From the NCBI GenBank assembly GCA_033442325.1, contig JAWQFM010000001.1, forward strand, positions 288,374 through 352,373: a stretch of DNA of 64,000 nt. Direction: 5' to 3'. Position 1 is the stretch's first letter; the number at the start of each line of letters is the position of its first letter. Both the position numbers and the translations under genes were made by a program. This document shows positions 33,705 through 46,646 of this stretch, one piece after another. Source of the DNA: Salpingoeca rosetta. Lineage: Eukaryota; Protista; Choanoflagellata. The notes beneath the pieces are model-generated. The model had not been told where the DNA came from. It worked only from the letters and a program-made list of their open reading frames with translations, and ran no database searches.

Positions 33705-34183
33705 ATGGAGGATGGGTCGTGTCCGTACGAGGTGCTGGGTGTGCCCACCACCGCAACAGAGGCAGAGGTATATGCAGTCGCACACGGGGGTATTGCGGTG
33801 TGTGGTTGAGTGAGAGAATGAACGTGAGGTACACACGTTTGTTTGTGGTCGTCGGGTGGAGTGGGAACAACCATTGCACTCATCGATTGCAACACGTTGT
33901 CTGCCACTCATCACAAATGCTGTGCTGTGCAGATTCGCAAGGCATACAAGAAGCTGGCCCTCAAGTACCACCCCGACAAGAATCCAGATGACCCAGAGAC
34001 AGGTGTGTGTGTGTGTGTGTGTCGAAATGAAAGGTGGATGATGGGAGAAGTGCTCATGTTGTTGGTGCTGTTGTTGGGGTGGGTGAAGTGATATGGTACG
34101 ATACGTGAAGAAGACGACCAACAACAAAGGAAGCAAATGAAAGAAGTGACACGTGCAGATGCATCTGATCTCACCTCTCATAC

Positions 34184-34244
<61 letters not shown>

Positions 34245-34884
34245 ACACACACACTCGCACATCCCATGGGGTGTCAGCGGAGAAGATGTTCCGGCGAGCT
34301 GTCATGGCATCAGAGATGCTGCTGGATGCCACAGCAAAGGTGAGACACACACACACACACAGAGCGAACAAGAGGAGGCTTGTACGTCGTTCACCAGTCT
34401 TCAAGACGTCTTTGTGGACGTCGTGCTGGACGAGGTGTTGGAGTGGTTGCCGTTCTTTCTGGTGGTCTTTACTCACACAACACACACCACACGCACACAA
34501 CTGCTGTAGGCTGCATATGACAAGGTGTTGAAGGCGAGGCAGGCTGCACGCGTGCGTTCGGAGAAGATGGATGCAGAGCACCGCAAAGCAAGAGAAGGTG
34601 TGTCTCGCTGTGCTGTTGGTTGTGGAAGCGTGCCTTTGTGCGCGTGTGACTGGGTTGTGTTGCATCTTATGTGTGTCCCTGTGGTCTTGTTGCCATCGTG
34701 GATGCATTCACACTCACCCACACACACACGCGCACATTCAATTGCGTGCATGCCGTTGACTGGCAGACCTTGAGGCGAGGGAACAGGCACACAAGCGCAG
34801 CAAGACTGCAGCAGAGACATTGCAACGTGACTTGGAAGCACAGGTGTGCTCCTGCGCTGCGCTTTGCTGATGTCTTGCACTTGT

Positions 34885-34979
<95 letters not shown>

Positions 34980-35693
34980 CCCCTGCCCAGTATGAGCAGC
35001 CACCATCATCATTACTCACCACGTTGCTGCCTGTCGCCTTGATGACAGATTCGCAGATTACGGGCTGAGGGCGCACGCAAGCTACAGGTGTGTGTGCGCG
35101 CGTGTGTGCGTGTGTTGGTCTATGCCACTGCTCCCGTGCGTTGATCCCTGTCTTATCACTGCCACCACCACCACCATCACCATCGTCACCGTCTCCACAC
35201 TTCTGCTGCGCAATCCCTTGCAGGAGGAAGAGGACAGGTTCAGGGAAATGCTGAGGACAGCGAATCGAGGAGATCAGGTGGTGAGTGTGTGCGAGTGTGT
35301 GCGAGTGTGAGTGAGTGTGCATTCGTGCGAGTGTATGTACCCACAATATCAACCTTTGTGGATTGCTGCTGGGGTTTGCGCAGCGCTGGCAATGCGTCCT
35401 GTGTTGGTCACACACACACACACATACACACACACGCTGTTGCATCCTGTGATTTGTGACATGCCCTCTCACAACCTCAATGTACGAACACCACTTTGCT
35501 GACGATACCATGTGTGTGTATGTGTTCCTTTGTGGTTTGTGTCATTGCTGATTGGTTGATTGCACAGGATGCGACGGTGGTGAAGAGCGACTTCTCCGAG
35601 GACTTTGAAGCAAAAGTGCTGGCACGCATGCGTGCTCATGGCCACGCACGAAGAGAACACATGCAGCAGCAACAGCAGCAACAGGCTGCGTAG
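33705..35693 (+). CDS. DNAJC17: DnaJ protein of the DNAJC17/Cwf23 type, 8 exons
   Basis: J domain: 'CPYEVLGV...[18 protein letters not shown]...AAYDKVL'. Coiled coil: 'DLEAREQ...IRRLRAEG'. C-terminal '[11 protein letters not shown]' resembles the DNAJC17 DYExxVxxRMR motif. Confidence 0.8.
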
Positions 35694-36303
35694 CTGTTGG
35701 TGGTGGGTGAGAACGTGCTGTGGGAGAAGAGGAGGCCGAGAACTGAGTTCGCACGCAGGCACTTGACATCAACGGCCTTGTTGTTGCTGTGGCTGCTGTT
35801 GGTGATGGCGAGCTTCCTTTTGCAACTGTTTGGTTAGATTGGATGATATGACACGCAATGTACACAGAGATGCGTCGCAATAAACAATCCTTCATGTCAA
35901 ACACCACACATCCTCACGCTCTGACAACAACAGCACGCATCGACACTAGTGTTCTTGCACGCAAAACGCCCAGCAAGCAAGCAACAAACCCAAAATCAGG
36001 GTGGTGGCCACGCCCCTTTTGTGGTTGTCAGTGGTTTGTGTGTTTTGCGTGCGGTCCCAACACCCTCGCACGCGATCGACACTTTCACGCCCAGCCACTC
36101 AAGCACACCAAACGTTGTTTTGGGTGGAATCGGCTTACTACTTACTTTGACTGCTTCTCACGCAAGCGCAGGCGGTCTGACCAGTCAATCGCTGTGGTGT
36201 TCCTGATCACCACCCAGACAGACAGGCACCTGACCTTCTTCACCAGCACCGGCACCAGTGCAACAAGCAAGCAGCCGCCACCGAGACCGGCACCACCGGC
36301 GAG

Positions 36304-39300
36304 ATGGCTCTGTTTGGTGGCGCCAGCCAGGGTGCTGGGCGCACTGCGCTGTGCAACGGCGACTTTGTGTCGCTGTTTGTGGAGGAGCTCAAGGGCTTCG
36401 CCAGCGTGGACATTCTGTCGACGCGCGAGGTCACCGTGTACCAGGGCGACACGGACTCCGCGTTTGATGGCAGCACAAGCACCAAGTCATCCTCGGAGAC
36501 CGCGACCGCGCCCAACTTTGAGCAGTCGTGCGTCTTCCAGATCAAGGCGGTCACCGATCTGCCGGAGGGCGCCAGCCTCAAGTACGGTGATGTCGTGCGC
36601 ATCATCCACCGCAGCACCCAGCGCAGCATGACGCGCCAGAACCGCGCCGTCAACGGCAAGCACGCCGTGGCGCTGGAGAACACGGACCGTGCCGCCGCGC
36701 ACTTCCGCCTCCTCCCGCGCTTCAAGATCCGCTCCGTCGGCGAGCCCGTGCTGCTCAACGACCAGGTCATCTTCCAGAACGAGGTGGTCATCGAGGGCAA
36801 CCGCACGTACCTGATGACGGACCGGCCAGAGGACTCGCCCAAGGTCCTCATGGAGTGCGGCTCAAGCAAGACCACGGGCATCCGCGTGCGCCTGTTTGCG
36901 GCCTACAACGTCTCCAGCAAGGCCTTTGTCCACGTCCTCAAGGGCGGCGACTTTGTGCGCCTGTTCCACCACGAGGCCAACGGGTTCCTTGTCGTTGCGC
37001 GCCACATTGGCACGGGCGATGCGCACGACTTCCTCGGCCGCGACAACACCGTGTGCCTGCGCACCTTGGCCGTCGGCCGCAGCCCGGACGAGTACCACGA
37101 CGCAAGCTCCATCTGGCAGGTGGAGCTCGAGGACACCCAGCGCCGCGGCGGCAGGCCCGTGCTGTGGACGGACCGCGTGCGCCTGAAGAACGTCCTCACC
37201 AACGAGTTCCTGGATGTGCGCACCACGTCGTCCACGGGGGCCATGGCGCCCACGGCAGACAAGGGCAGCTCCAACCTCTTCTCCTTTGTGCAGTCGACGC
37301 ACTCCGCGCAGGAGGGCGACGCGCCCGCCACGGCGCTGCTGTCGCGCCAGGAGGACCTGCGCATCCCCTACCACACGTTCTTCTTCCTGCGCGGCAGCGG
37401 CAACCCGGAGGTGACGGACCAGTTCCTGCACGTGGACTCGGAGCACTACGCCGTGGAGGAGGACGAGGAAGGCGACGACACCGGGCAGAGCAGCACGTTT
37501 GCGCAGACGGTGCTCATTGCCACGCACGACGAGGACGCCTTCTCGCTGCAGTCCGTGCACCAGCAGGACATTCGCGACTTCTACTACGCGCTCGGCCACG
37601 TCAAGGTGCTCACGCGCCTGGCAGCAGACGACGTGCTGACAGACGTCACCAACCCCGTGCACGCGGACCTGTACAAGCGCGCGCGCCGCAGCATCCACGC
37701 GCTCATCCAGTTCTGCTCGGAGGACAAGATTGAGGATGATGAGGACGTGGTGGGCCGCGCCAACACCCTGCACCAGAACATCCTCTTTGACCTGCAGGTG
37801 CAGGTGCCGCTCATGAAGGTGGTCAGCCTTCCCTTCCACGGCGCACACTGCGCAGAGTGGGGCAAGGGGTGGCGGGAGCGCCTGACACAGACACAGTACC
37901 GCCACTACAACAAGCTCGCCCGCGACGTGTACCGCCTCATCAGCTACCTGTGCCGGGAGAACGTGCACATTGGGCTCATGTTTGCCAACGCGCACCTGAC
38001 GGCCATGATCAACCAGTGCCGGCTGATTGGCTACCTGGACGGCATCAACTGGGACATTGCCGACGCCATTGACGAGATGTTTAAGGACAACACCATCCTG
38101 CTCAACCGCGTCACGAAGCAGTCGATTGAGACATACCTCTCCCTCATCCACGAGGCGCACACCACCACCGCTCTCGAGCAGTACCTGCGCCTCCTCGCCG
38201 CCCTGTGCTCTGTCGACGGTGAGGCCATCACCTCCACCCAAGCCAGCATCCGCGACCTCATGCTTGTTCCTGGCGCGCCGTCAGCGGACGTTCTGCCCTC
38301 CATCGCCAACGGTCCCAGCGGCATGCGCATCACCGCGCGTGTGCTCACCCCTGGCAAGCCCTTCCGCGCATGGAGCACCGTGACCCTCCCCTTACAGGAG
38401 TACCTGAAGGACCACGACAACCTCGAGTACTTTGACGCCACGCTGGAGCTGTTTGCCCAGCTGTGCCTGGAGGGCAACTGCCAGGGCGAGCTGCGCGCGG
38501 CGGCCCGCACGCCCTTCCCCATGATCATGGGCGCCCTCAAGTCGCAGCTGCCGCCGCACGTCAAGGCGCGCTTCTGCACGCTCCTCGTCAACCTGTACAT
38601 CGACGGCGACGACCTGCCGGACGTGGACCACTCCAACCGGCGCTGGCAGGACCTGGCCAACCACAAGTCGCACGCAAAGCTCAAGACTGCGGCGGTGCAG
38701 CTGTTTGACGTGGACGAGGTGGTGAACTGGGTGGAGGCGTACCTGTCGCAGAACGGCCTGCTCACCTACAACCACGAGTACCACAGCGCAGCCAACAGCA
38801 AGAAGCCCGAGATGATCGCCCTCAAGCAGGACGAGCTGCACCGCAACATGCTCACGGAGCAGGTGGTGCACGTTGCGCTTGCCCTGGTGAACAAGGGCCT
38901 GTACTGGGACGCCGGCAGCAGGAAGCGGCTGGTGCGGCTGCTGCTCACGCTGCTCGTGCGTACGCACCCGGGCGAGAACGATGACCTGAGCGCAACATCG
39001 TCGCTGGACGTGGTCATGCAGGCCAAGACGCTGGTGTGCCGCGCCCTCGGCGCGTGCATGGACGCGAACCTGGACGAGGTGGTGACGGAGCTGCTCACGG
39101 CGTTCAAGAAGGAGTATTTGGCGCACAAGCACAAGCACATTGAGGCGCACGCGGACGACCGTGCCCTGCACGAGGTCAGCCTCATCCAGCACAACGGCGA
39201 TCACCGCCACTTCTTCGAGACGGACGGCCTGTCGCAGCAGCAGATTGTGCACCTGCTGCTGGCGCTGACAACCTACCCGAGCGACGGGCTGCGGGTCGCG

Positions 39301-42300
39301 GCGCTCAATCTCCTGCTGCGCTGCTTCAACGTCAAGGGCTCCGTGCTGGCCCGCCTGTCGGATGTCGTCGTCATTGCAGACAGCAAGGACGAGGCTGCCC
39401 TGGAGAAGCTGGAGCAGCTGCTGCTGACGCTCAAGCACGAGGACCATGACGACCTGCACACTGCGGCCGCGCACATGACTGAAGAGATTGAGTGGATGTG
39501 CTCGCAGTGCATCACCGTCAACGGCACGCTGGCAGCCGACCTGCTGGCCCCCGGGGACAGCAGCAGCAGCAGCAGTAAGGCGGGGAGGAGGAAGCGGAAG
39601 GGCGTGAGTGGCCCACGTCTGCCGTGGCGCAAGCCCGGTGTGAGTATTGAGCCGCACCATGCGCACCAGGAGATGATGCGCAACGCCAACGCGCACAAGG
39701 CCGTACTGCACATCCTTCACCACCACCTCTCTGGCGCCGACCTCAAGACGGCGCTCAAGGACGACCGAGCGCGGGATCTGTTTGCCGCGTGTTTTGAATT
39801 CCTCGCCTTCTTCTGCCTGCACAACAAGCACAACCAGGAGCTGCTTGGGCACGCGCACGACATCTCGTTCTTCGTGCACGCGTGCTCGTACGGCATCCAC
39901 GCAGAGAAGGTGCTGCACCGTATTCTGGAGGGCGAGCCCGACCTGGTGCAGGAGCACGTGGTGGACGAAGGCAAGGTGGACCGCCTCATTGCAGACCTGA
40001 TCAAGGAGCCGCGCTGTCGCAACGTCGACTTCCTCAAGCTGATGGAGGTGATTGTTGCGCCCACGGGCACGCCCTCGCGGGAGCTACAGGACCTGGTGGG
40101 CGAACATTTCCTGCAGGCAGAGGAGAAGAGCCATCTCTTTGAGCACGAGCTTGGTTCCTCCCACTTCATCTCGTTCATCGTGTCCACCTACACCAAGACC
40201 GGTGGTCGTGGTGATGACGAAGATGATAATGGCACCAGCGCACAGCCGCTCTCCGCCCGCGAGCATGATCTCCGCGATTTCTTTGAGCAGCTGCTGTCAT
40301 TCTATGCGGTGACAGCGCACGGGAACCAGGGCACCGCAGCCCATGTTGCCAAGCACGTGCCGCTCGCTGAACTTGCACAGCCCTTCATTGACGGCGTCAC
40401 ACTCCCAACCGCCACAAAGGTGCTTATGTGTGTGTATTTCGTGTATTTCGTGTGTGTGTGTGTGTGCGTGTGTTTGTGGTGAGGATTTGTGTCTTATGTG
40501 TGTATTTCGTGTGCATCTGTGATAATGCCCTGTTCTGAAATGTTGCAGCTCCGTTCATGTTCACTTTGACACTGTGTGCTCGCCGTGTTTCATTCTTGCA
40601 TGTGTATGCCTTCACTCTCAGACTCACATTTCTTTCCTTCCACGCACACGCACAAACACACGCACACATGCACGCACAAATACACATACACACATACACG
40701 CACGCACGCACGCACGCACAAACACATACACACGCACGCACGCACAAACACACATACACACACATGCACGCACAAATACACATGCACACACACCGCCAGT
40801 CTCGCCTGCTGACGCTGATCCGAGATGTGTACCTGCTGCACGGCACGGACGAGGATGGCGATGGTGTTGTCGACGATGTTGATGCTGAGGATTTTGGATT
40901 CGTGTCTGCCGCAGCCAAGCAGGAGACGTGCGTGAGACTCTGTGGACCCCTGGCCAACGAGCTGCGGGCCATCGACAAGGGGTGGAAGCACAAGCCAAGC
41001 AAGGTCCGGGCAGCGCTCGACCGGTATGCGTTTATGACGCTGCTGCCGCTCGCTGCTGACCTGCTGCGCATCTTCGTGGAAGAGCACGGCAGCGTGCCGG
41101 CGGAGAGGCTTGAGGAAGAGGCTGTGTCGCTTGTTGCGGAGTGCGTGCGCTTCCTGAAGCACCGGCGAACGGTCACGTTTGAGAGCCCGCACTACCTGAT
41201 GGACCACGAGTACCGCGTGCTGGGTGGACATGTCACTGGCGAGCTGCTCAAGAGCACGCTGCTGGCACAGCAGGACGCGCTGCTGGTGAATGTGCAGACG
41301 GAGCACACGTGGTACGACGAGACGGAGGCGAAGGAGGCGCGAACGGCAGCAGCACGCTCCACCGCGCTCAGCATGGGCAGCAAGCACGGGTCGAGCAAGC
41401 GGCACGCGTTCTCAATCGACTCGTTTGCAGCCACGCACAGCAAGCGCGGCGGTGGCGGGCACACCCGCGGCGGTGGCAAGGCGCCACGCAAGGTGATGCC
41501 TGTGGAGAAGGTGAAGACAGAAGGCGAGCGCATCCAAGAGGAGCTGCCGTTCTTCGTTGATCAAGTGCGAGAGACATTCAACCACGGCTTCTCGCAGCCG
41601 CACCTGCCGTGGATGTCGTTTCTCTCCACGGAGTACAACTTCCAGCCGTTCTGGGCGCTGGTGGGTATTCTGCAGGCCGACTTGCTGGAGGACAGGCTGC
41701 ACGAGGAAGAGAAGGAGGCCGAGGAGGCGGCACAGGGCGGCATGCTGGGTGCTGATGGCGAGCGCAGTGGCGTGCAGTCGCGACAAGGCAGTCGACCAGA
41801 GCTACAGCGCACCACGACAGCAGCAGCTGCTGCGCGGTCGGGGACATTCCGGAGCCTGCGCAATCGCCGCCGGTCGCGTGTGCACGGGGAGTCGATGCAG
41901 ATGAACCCGATCAACCTGGTGGACGTCAACGTCGACATCAACATCCGCACGTGCCTGGAGAATGTGATGACGCACTTCGAGGAAGCTGGCGATCACGAGC
42001 ACCACCATCACGAGTTTGAGGAAGAGGACGAGGAAGAGGCAATTGTGGGCTTCCTCGCAGCCATGTCGTGTGCGCTGACGTGTGTCGTTGATCCCAAGAC
42101 GGGTCGCGTGTACCAGGAGCTTGACGATGAGGACAACGAGGAAGCCAAAGCAGCCCACGAGGCTGCCATTGCCACCGTTGGGCGCTCCCTCAACAGCCTT
42201 GGTCTCCCCGACATGGTTTTGTTCCTGCTCAGCTCCAACCACAGGTGCACGGTGCTCATGGCGGCGCAGCTTGGCTGGCTCATGCTGGATGCCACGCCGC

Positions 42301-44842
42301 ACGTGTTTGAGGCAAAGGCCGCGGCTGCGCTGATGGAGAGCAGCATTGAGGGCGGCAGCACGCTCGCCCGCCGGCAGCACCAGCAGCAGCAGGAGCGGCT
42401 GCTGTCGCAGTGGGCGTTCCACGATGCGTTTGAGAGCGGACCAATGGGCCGGCGCGCCCTTGCCGCCATCCAGCGCCATCTGCAGCACATGCAGGAGCTG
42501 CTGTTCAAGCGGGAGCACGAGGACCCGCTTGACCGGCTGCGTCGCGACCAGGACGTGGAGAACCTCGACGTCGCCATTGTGATCCGCATCCTCGGATTCC
42601 TGGAGGCGCTGTGCTTTGGGTGCTTCACGGAGATGCAGCAGCTGCTGCGNNNNNNNNNNNNNNNNNNNNNNNNNNNNNNNNNNNNNNNNNNNNNNNNNNN
42701 NNNNNNNNNNNNNNNNNNNNNNNNNNNNNNNNNNNNNNNNNNNNNNNNNCCCCTCTTATCATCATCCCACCCACCCCCGCCCCCCCCCCACAACCCCCCA
42801 CTCGCCCCTGTCAACAATTTCAGGTGCACGAGCCGATTCTGCTGTTCCTGCGCTATCTGAACGCGTCGGACGACAGCGAGGACATTCCAGACAAGGATGT
42901 GTTCCACTCGCTCACGCTGTATGTGCTTGAGGCGGCTGCATCCCTGAGCATCTGGTGCGAGTCGTACGGCGTGGTGGACAACGGGCACGGCGACTGGGTG
43001 CAGCAGGACGGCTACGATGTGGATGTGGACACAGAGCACATGCATGCGCTCGTGAAGAGCTTTGACCTGTGCAACGCGCTGGATGTGATTGACGAGTGCT
43101 GCGAGGCATCCATCCTCTTCCTCCTGCTCGGCGTGCTCGAGGGCCGGCGGGAGGGCGACGTGGTGCTGGACATGCTGTGCGCTGCGTTGTTCCCGGAGCC
43201 GTACCTCACCCGCGACGCGCACTTCACCCAGAGCGCGTTCTTCCGCCTCCTTGACGGGCACTCTGCTGCCGCGGAGAGCGACGCCAACATGCACGTGCGA
43301 GAGGCGGCCCTGCAGCGCGTGGCTGCGTCACCACACACGGCGCACTTCTTCGACCACGACGTTGCGCTGCTGTACTACACGGTGCTGCGGATTCTTGGCG
43401 AGCAGGCCGAGAACTACTGCATTCGCGTGACGCACTTGCTCAACACGTGGGAGCAGCACTCCCCGCACAGCCACAACGCGCGCGACAGCGTTGGCCGGAT
43501 TGAGTTGTTGCGTGATGGCGAGCTGCAGCCCGTGTACTTCCAGGTGCCCGCTGTTGTGCACGACACGAAGGACAAGCTGCAGGTGCGACAGCTGCGCACG
43601 CAGATGATCAATGGCACGGTGCTGGAGAACCCGGAGCAGAAGATGCAGTCGTTCTTTGGCAGCGTCGACTTTCTCATGAACGTGATGAACTTTGAGGCGC
43701 GCGTGGCCCGCATGGGGGTGTCGTATGTGCTTGGCCACCAGCGGTTTCTGCTGCCATTGGCGTTTATCCTCGCCGCCATCATCAACATCTGGGTCATCTT
43801 TGACCTGGGCGACGATGGGTTCCCGCACAGCGTTGTGCGGGTGCTGGCGATTGCGCATGCTGTTGTCAGCATGCTGATTCTGCTTGGGCAGTCGCTGTCC
43901 CCGCTGTACGTTGACTGGCAGCGGTGGCAGGAGGCGGCAGAGGGGCGCTCGCTCCTTGGAAAGGCGCTGGCCTTCCCGCTGTTCTGGAGCCTGCAGGCAT
44001 CGTACCCGTACTACGTGGTGTACCTTGCCATGAGCGTTGCCGGCATCTTCCAGTTCAAGCTGTTCTGCTTCCACCTGTTTGACCTGGTGCTGCGGGTGGA
44101 GGTGATGAACCTCGTGCTACGCGCCGTCAAGCAGAACGTCTCCAAACTCCTGGGCACCTTCCTGCTCACCTTCTTCATCATCTACGCGTTTATGCTTGTG
44201 GGCCGCGATGCGTTTGGTGGCACGTACGACTTTGCGGACGCCCCGGCCACGTGTGCGCCGGGCACGCCACTGGTGCAGTGCCTGCGCGACCATCTGTACT
44301 ACGGCTTCTACTCGTCGCCCGTGTTTGCGCCCGCGGATGCGGATGTGGGCCTGTTTGTGTACTCGCTGCTGTACTTTATGGTGGTGGTGCTGGTGATGGC
44401 TGCGATTGTTTCCGGTATCATCATTGACTCGTTTGGCGAGTACCGTGCCGAGACGGAGGCCATCGCTGCGGAGAAGGAGAGCCGGTGCTTTGTGTGCAAC
44501 TTCAGCCACGACCGCATCCAGGCTGCACACAAGGGCGGCTTTGAGGCGCATATTGCGAGCGACCACAACGTGTGGAACTACATCTGGTTCCTTATGCGCG
44601 TGCTGGAGAAGCGAGAGGAGCACAAGCCGCTGACGGGCGTGGAGATTGAGGCTGTGCGGCACTGGGACACGAGCAAGGACCTGACGGCAATGATGCCCGT
44701 GAACCGCGCGCTGTGCTTGGAGGCGGCGAGCGAGGACGTCACCCTGGACCAAGTCCTGGACGTGGTGAAACAAGTGGCCATAACAGCCGAGCGGTCTCTG
44801 CAGCTTCTCCTTGCATCTGCGGCTGTTCCCGCCTCCTCCTGA
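36304..44842 (+). CDS. IP3 receptor / ryanodine receptor superfamily Ca2+-release-channel-like protein (~2,700 aa), divergent
   Basis: Suppressor/MIR region: 'LCNGDFVSL', 'LKYGDVVRIIH', 'FRLLPRFKIRSVGEPV', 'LKGGDFVRLFHHE' and 'SIWQVE'. RIH/ARM region. RIH-associated 'ILGFLEALCFGC...MQQLLR' and 'VGRIELLRDGELQPVYFQVP'. Six TMs, S6 'AIVSGIIIDSFGEYR' and a zinc finger 'CFVC...H....HNVWNY'. Exons 36304-40419, 40800-(gap at 42650) and 42824-44842. Confidence 0.92.
42650..42749. other. Assembly gap (100 N) inside the IP3R-like gene
   Basis: N run interrupts the RIH-associated coding region. Confidence 1.
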
Positions 44843-44909
44843 AAGAGCTCAGCAGCGGGCGCATTTGCCCGTGCGTGCATGTGTGTTTGCGTGTGTGTTT
44901 GTATGAGTT

Positions 44910-44956
<47 letters not shown>

Positions 44957-45319
44957 ATGAGTTAGCTTGTGTGCGTGTGTGTATGTGTGTGTTCAGTTGT
45001 GCCATTGTTGCTTGTAGCTCGCATGATTTCTTCCATGATGATATTTTGTGTTTCCTTCAGTGTATCCCCCACCTTTTCCACCATTGCTGGTTGTTGCCGC
45101 AGCATGCAGCTTTGTTGGTATGGTTCTTTCGCGTGATTGATTGATGATGATACCATCGCCCCAGCCGCCAAGCGAGCAAGCAAGCGAGCAAGCCACTCTG
45201 CTTGCTGTTGTGCGTTCGCGGCGTTGCCTTCATTGTAGACGATTAGTTGGTGTTTTCATTAAAATTTCTGCACACCAACAGGCCAACACCAAACGCAAAC
45301 CTCCCAACAACCACCCAGC

Positions 45320-46189
45320 ATGCGTGTGTCGCTGAAGACGTTGAGCCAGGTGGCGTCAGCGGGCCTGGTGTTTGTCAGCGCGAGCACGTTTGGGTTTTAC
45401 AAGTTCACCCAGCAGCAAGTGTCGAGCGCAGAGTACTACTCTATGGCTGTGAACGCGGCACGCGAGCATGGGCCCAGCATGGCTGCGCTGGGCCAGGATT
45501 TGAAACCAGGATCTGTGGACTTGTTTGACGGCTTCACAACAGTGCACACCACACAAGCCAAGGTACGCTGACGAACGTGAAATTGATTGATTGAATGTGT
45601 GCGTGCACTTGCAAGGAGGTCTGGGCGTGTTGTCGTGTGACTGCTACGTTTTGTTGGCCGTGCCGTGCCGGGTGTTGTTGCCGTTCAAATGAGAACGTGC
45701 GTGTGGTCGTGAGCGCGAGGGCAAGGTGCGCTTGTGAAGACCTTGAGTCGGGGGGGGGGGAGGATGTTTGGGACTTGCATCTTCTGAGTCGCTGCTTTGT
45801 GAGTGCCAGTGCTTGGGCTTACATTGTGTGTATGTGTGTGTGTATGTGTGTGTGTGTGTGTGCTTGGTTTGGGGGCGCTTTTCGTGCAGATTCGCATTCC
45901 TGTCAAAGGAAAAACCACAGAGGAAGGAACATTGGAAGTGTTTGCGCGACGGACCAACGATGAAGCACCGTGAGTCCCATATGTGTGCGTGTGTTCGTAG
46001 CCTCGTGTGTTTCCTTGTGTAAGCGTGTGTTTGAGGGGTTGTTTCCCTGCGCAGACTTTGCCGCGTTGCCCTTACTCACTGCGGTTCCACCATTGACTTA
46101 TTCCTCCCGCCCCTGGCAGGTGGGAGCTGTCGAAGGTGACGCTTGAAACAACCTGGCCCACCATGACGACAATCAACGTCTTGCCTTGA
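45320..46189 (+). CDS. COA1: Cytochrome c oxidase assembly factor 1-like (Coa1/Tim21-like), 3 exons
   Basis: N-terminal TM, then 'EYYSMAV...ALG..LK.G', 'AK|IRIPVKG...GTLEVFARR' and 'WELSKVTLE'. Exon phases are consistent. TGA at 46187-46189. Confidence 0.78.
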
Positions 46190-46646
46190 TTCGATTGAAC
46201 TGTGTGTGTGTGTTTCCTTGTGTGGTGTCGCGTGTGTGACATGATGTGGTTGCTGCCACTGCTCTGCTCGGTGATTTTGGTTTCATTTTGTTCCTTTTCG
46301 TTAGGTTCGTCGCATGCGTCTTTGCACAGTGCAGTCGTTACATGACATGCCATGCCATGCCATGACTTGACAACTTTTCCCGATTTGCGTGTGTATGAGA
46401 GAGAGAGAGTGAGAGTGTGTGTGTTTGTGTGCGTGTGCGTGAGTGTTAGTTTGAGAGCGAGACAGAGAGAGTGTGTGTGTGTTTGTGTGCGTGTGTTGTC
46501 CGCTGTCTGTTGGGCAACATGTGGTTGTAGACAATTCATAAAAGATTTCAACAACTTTTCGATTGTTTTGGTTCTCGCCCTCCACTTTTGTTTGCTCGAA
46601 GCACCAACCACCCCATCATCATCAACAACAACAACAACATACGGAG

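Noticed and set aside
36862-39957. Long antisense ORFs (36862-38241, 38392-39957); similarly 32030-33328 and 42008-43294
   Set aside because: Shadows of high-GC3 coding sequence on the opposite strand, with no recognisable motifs.
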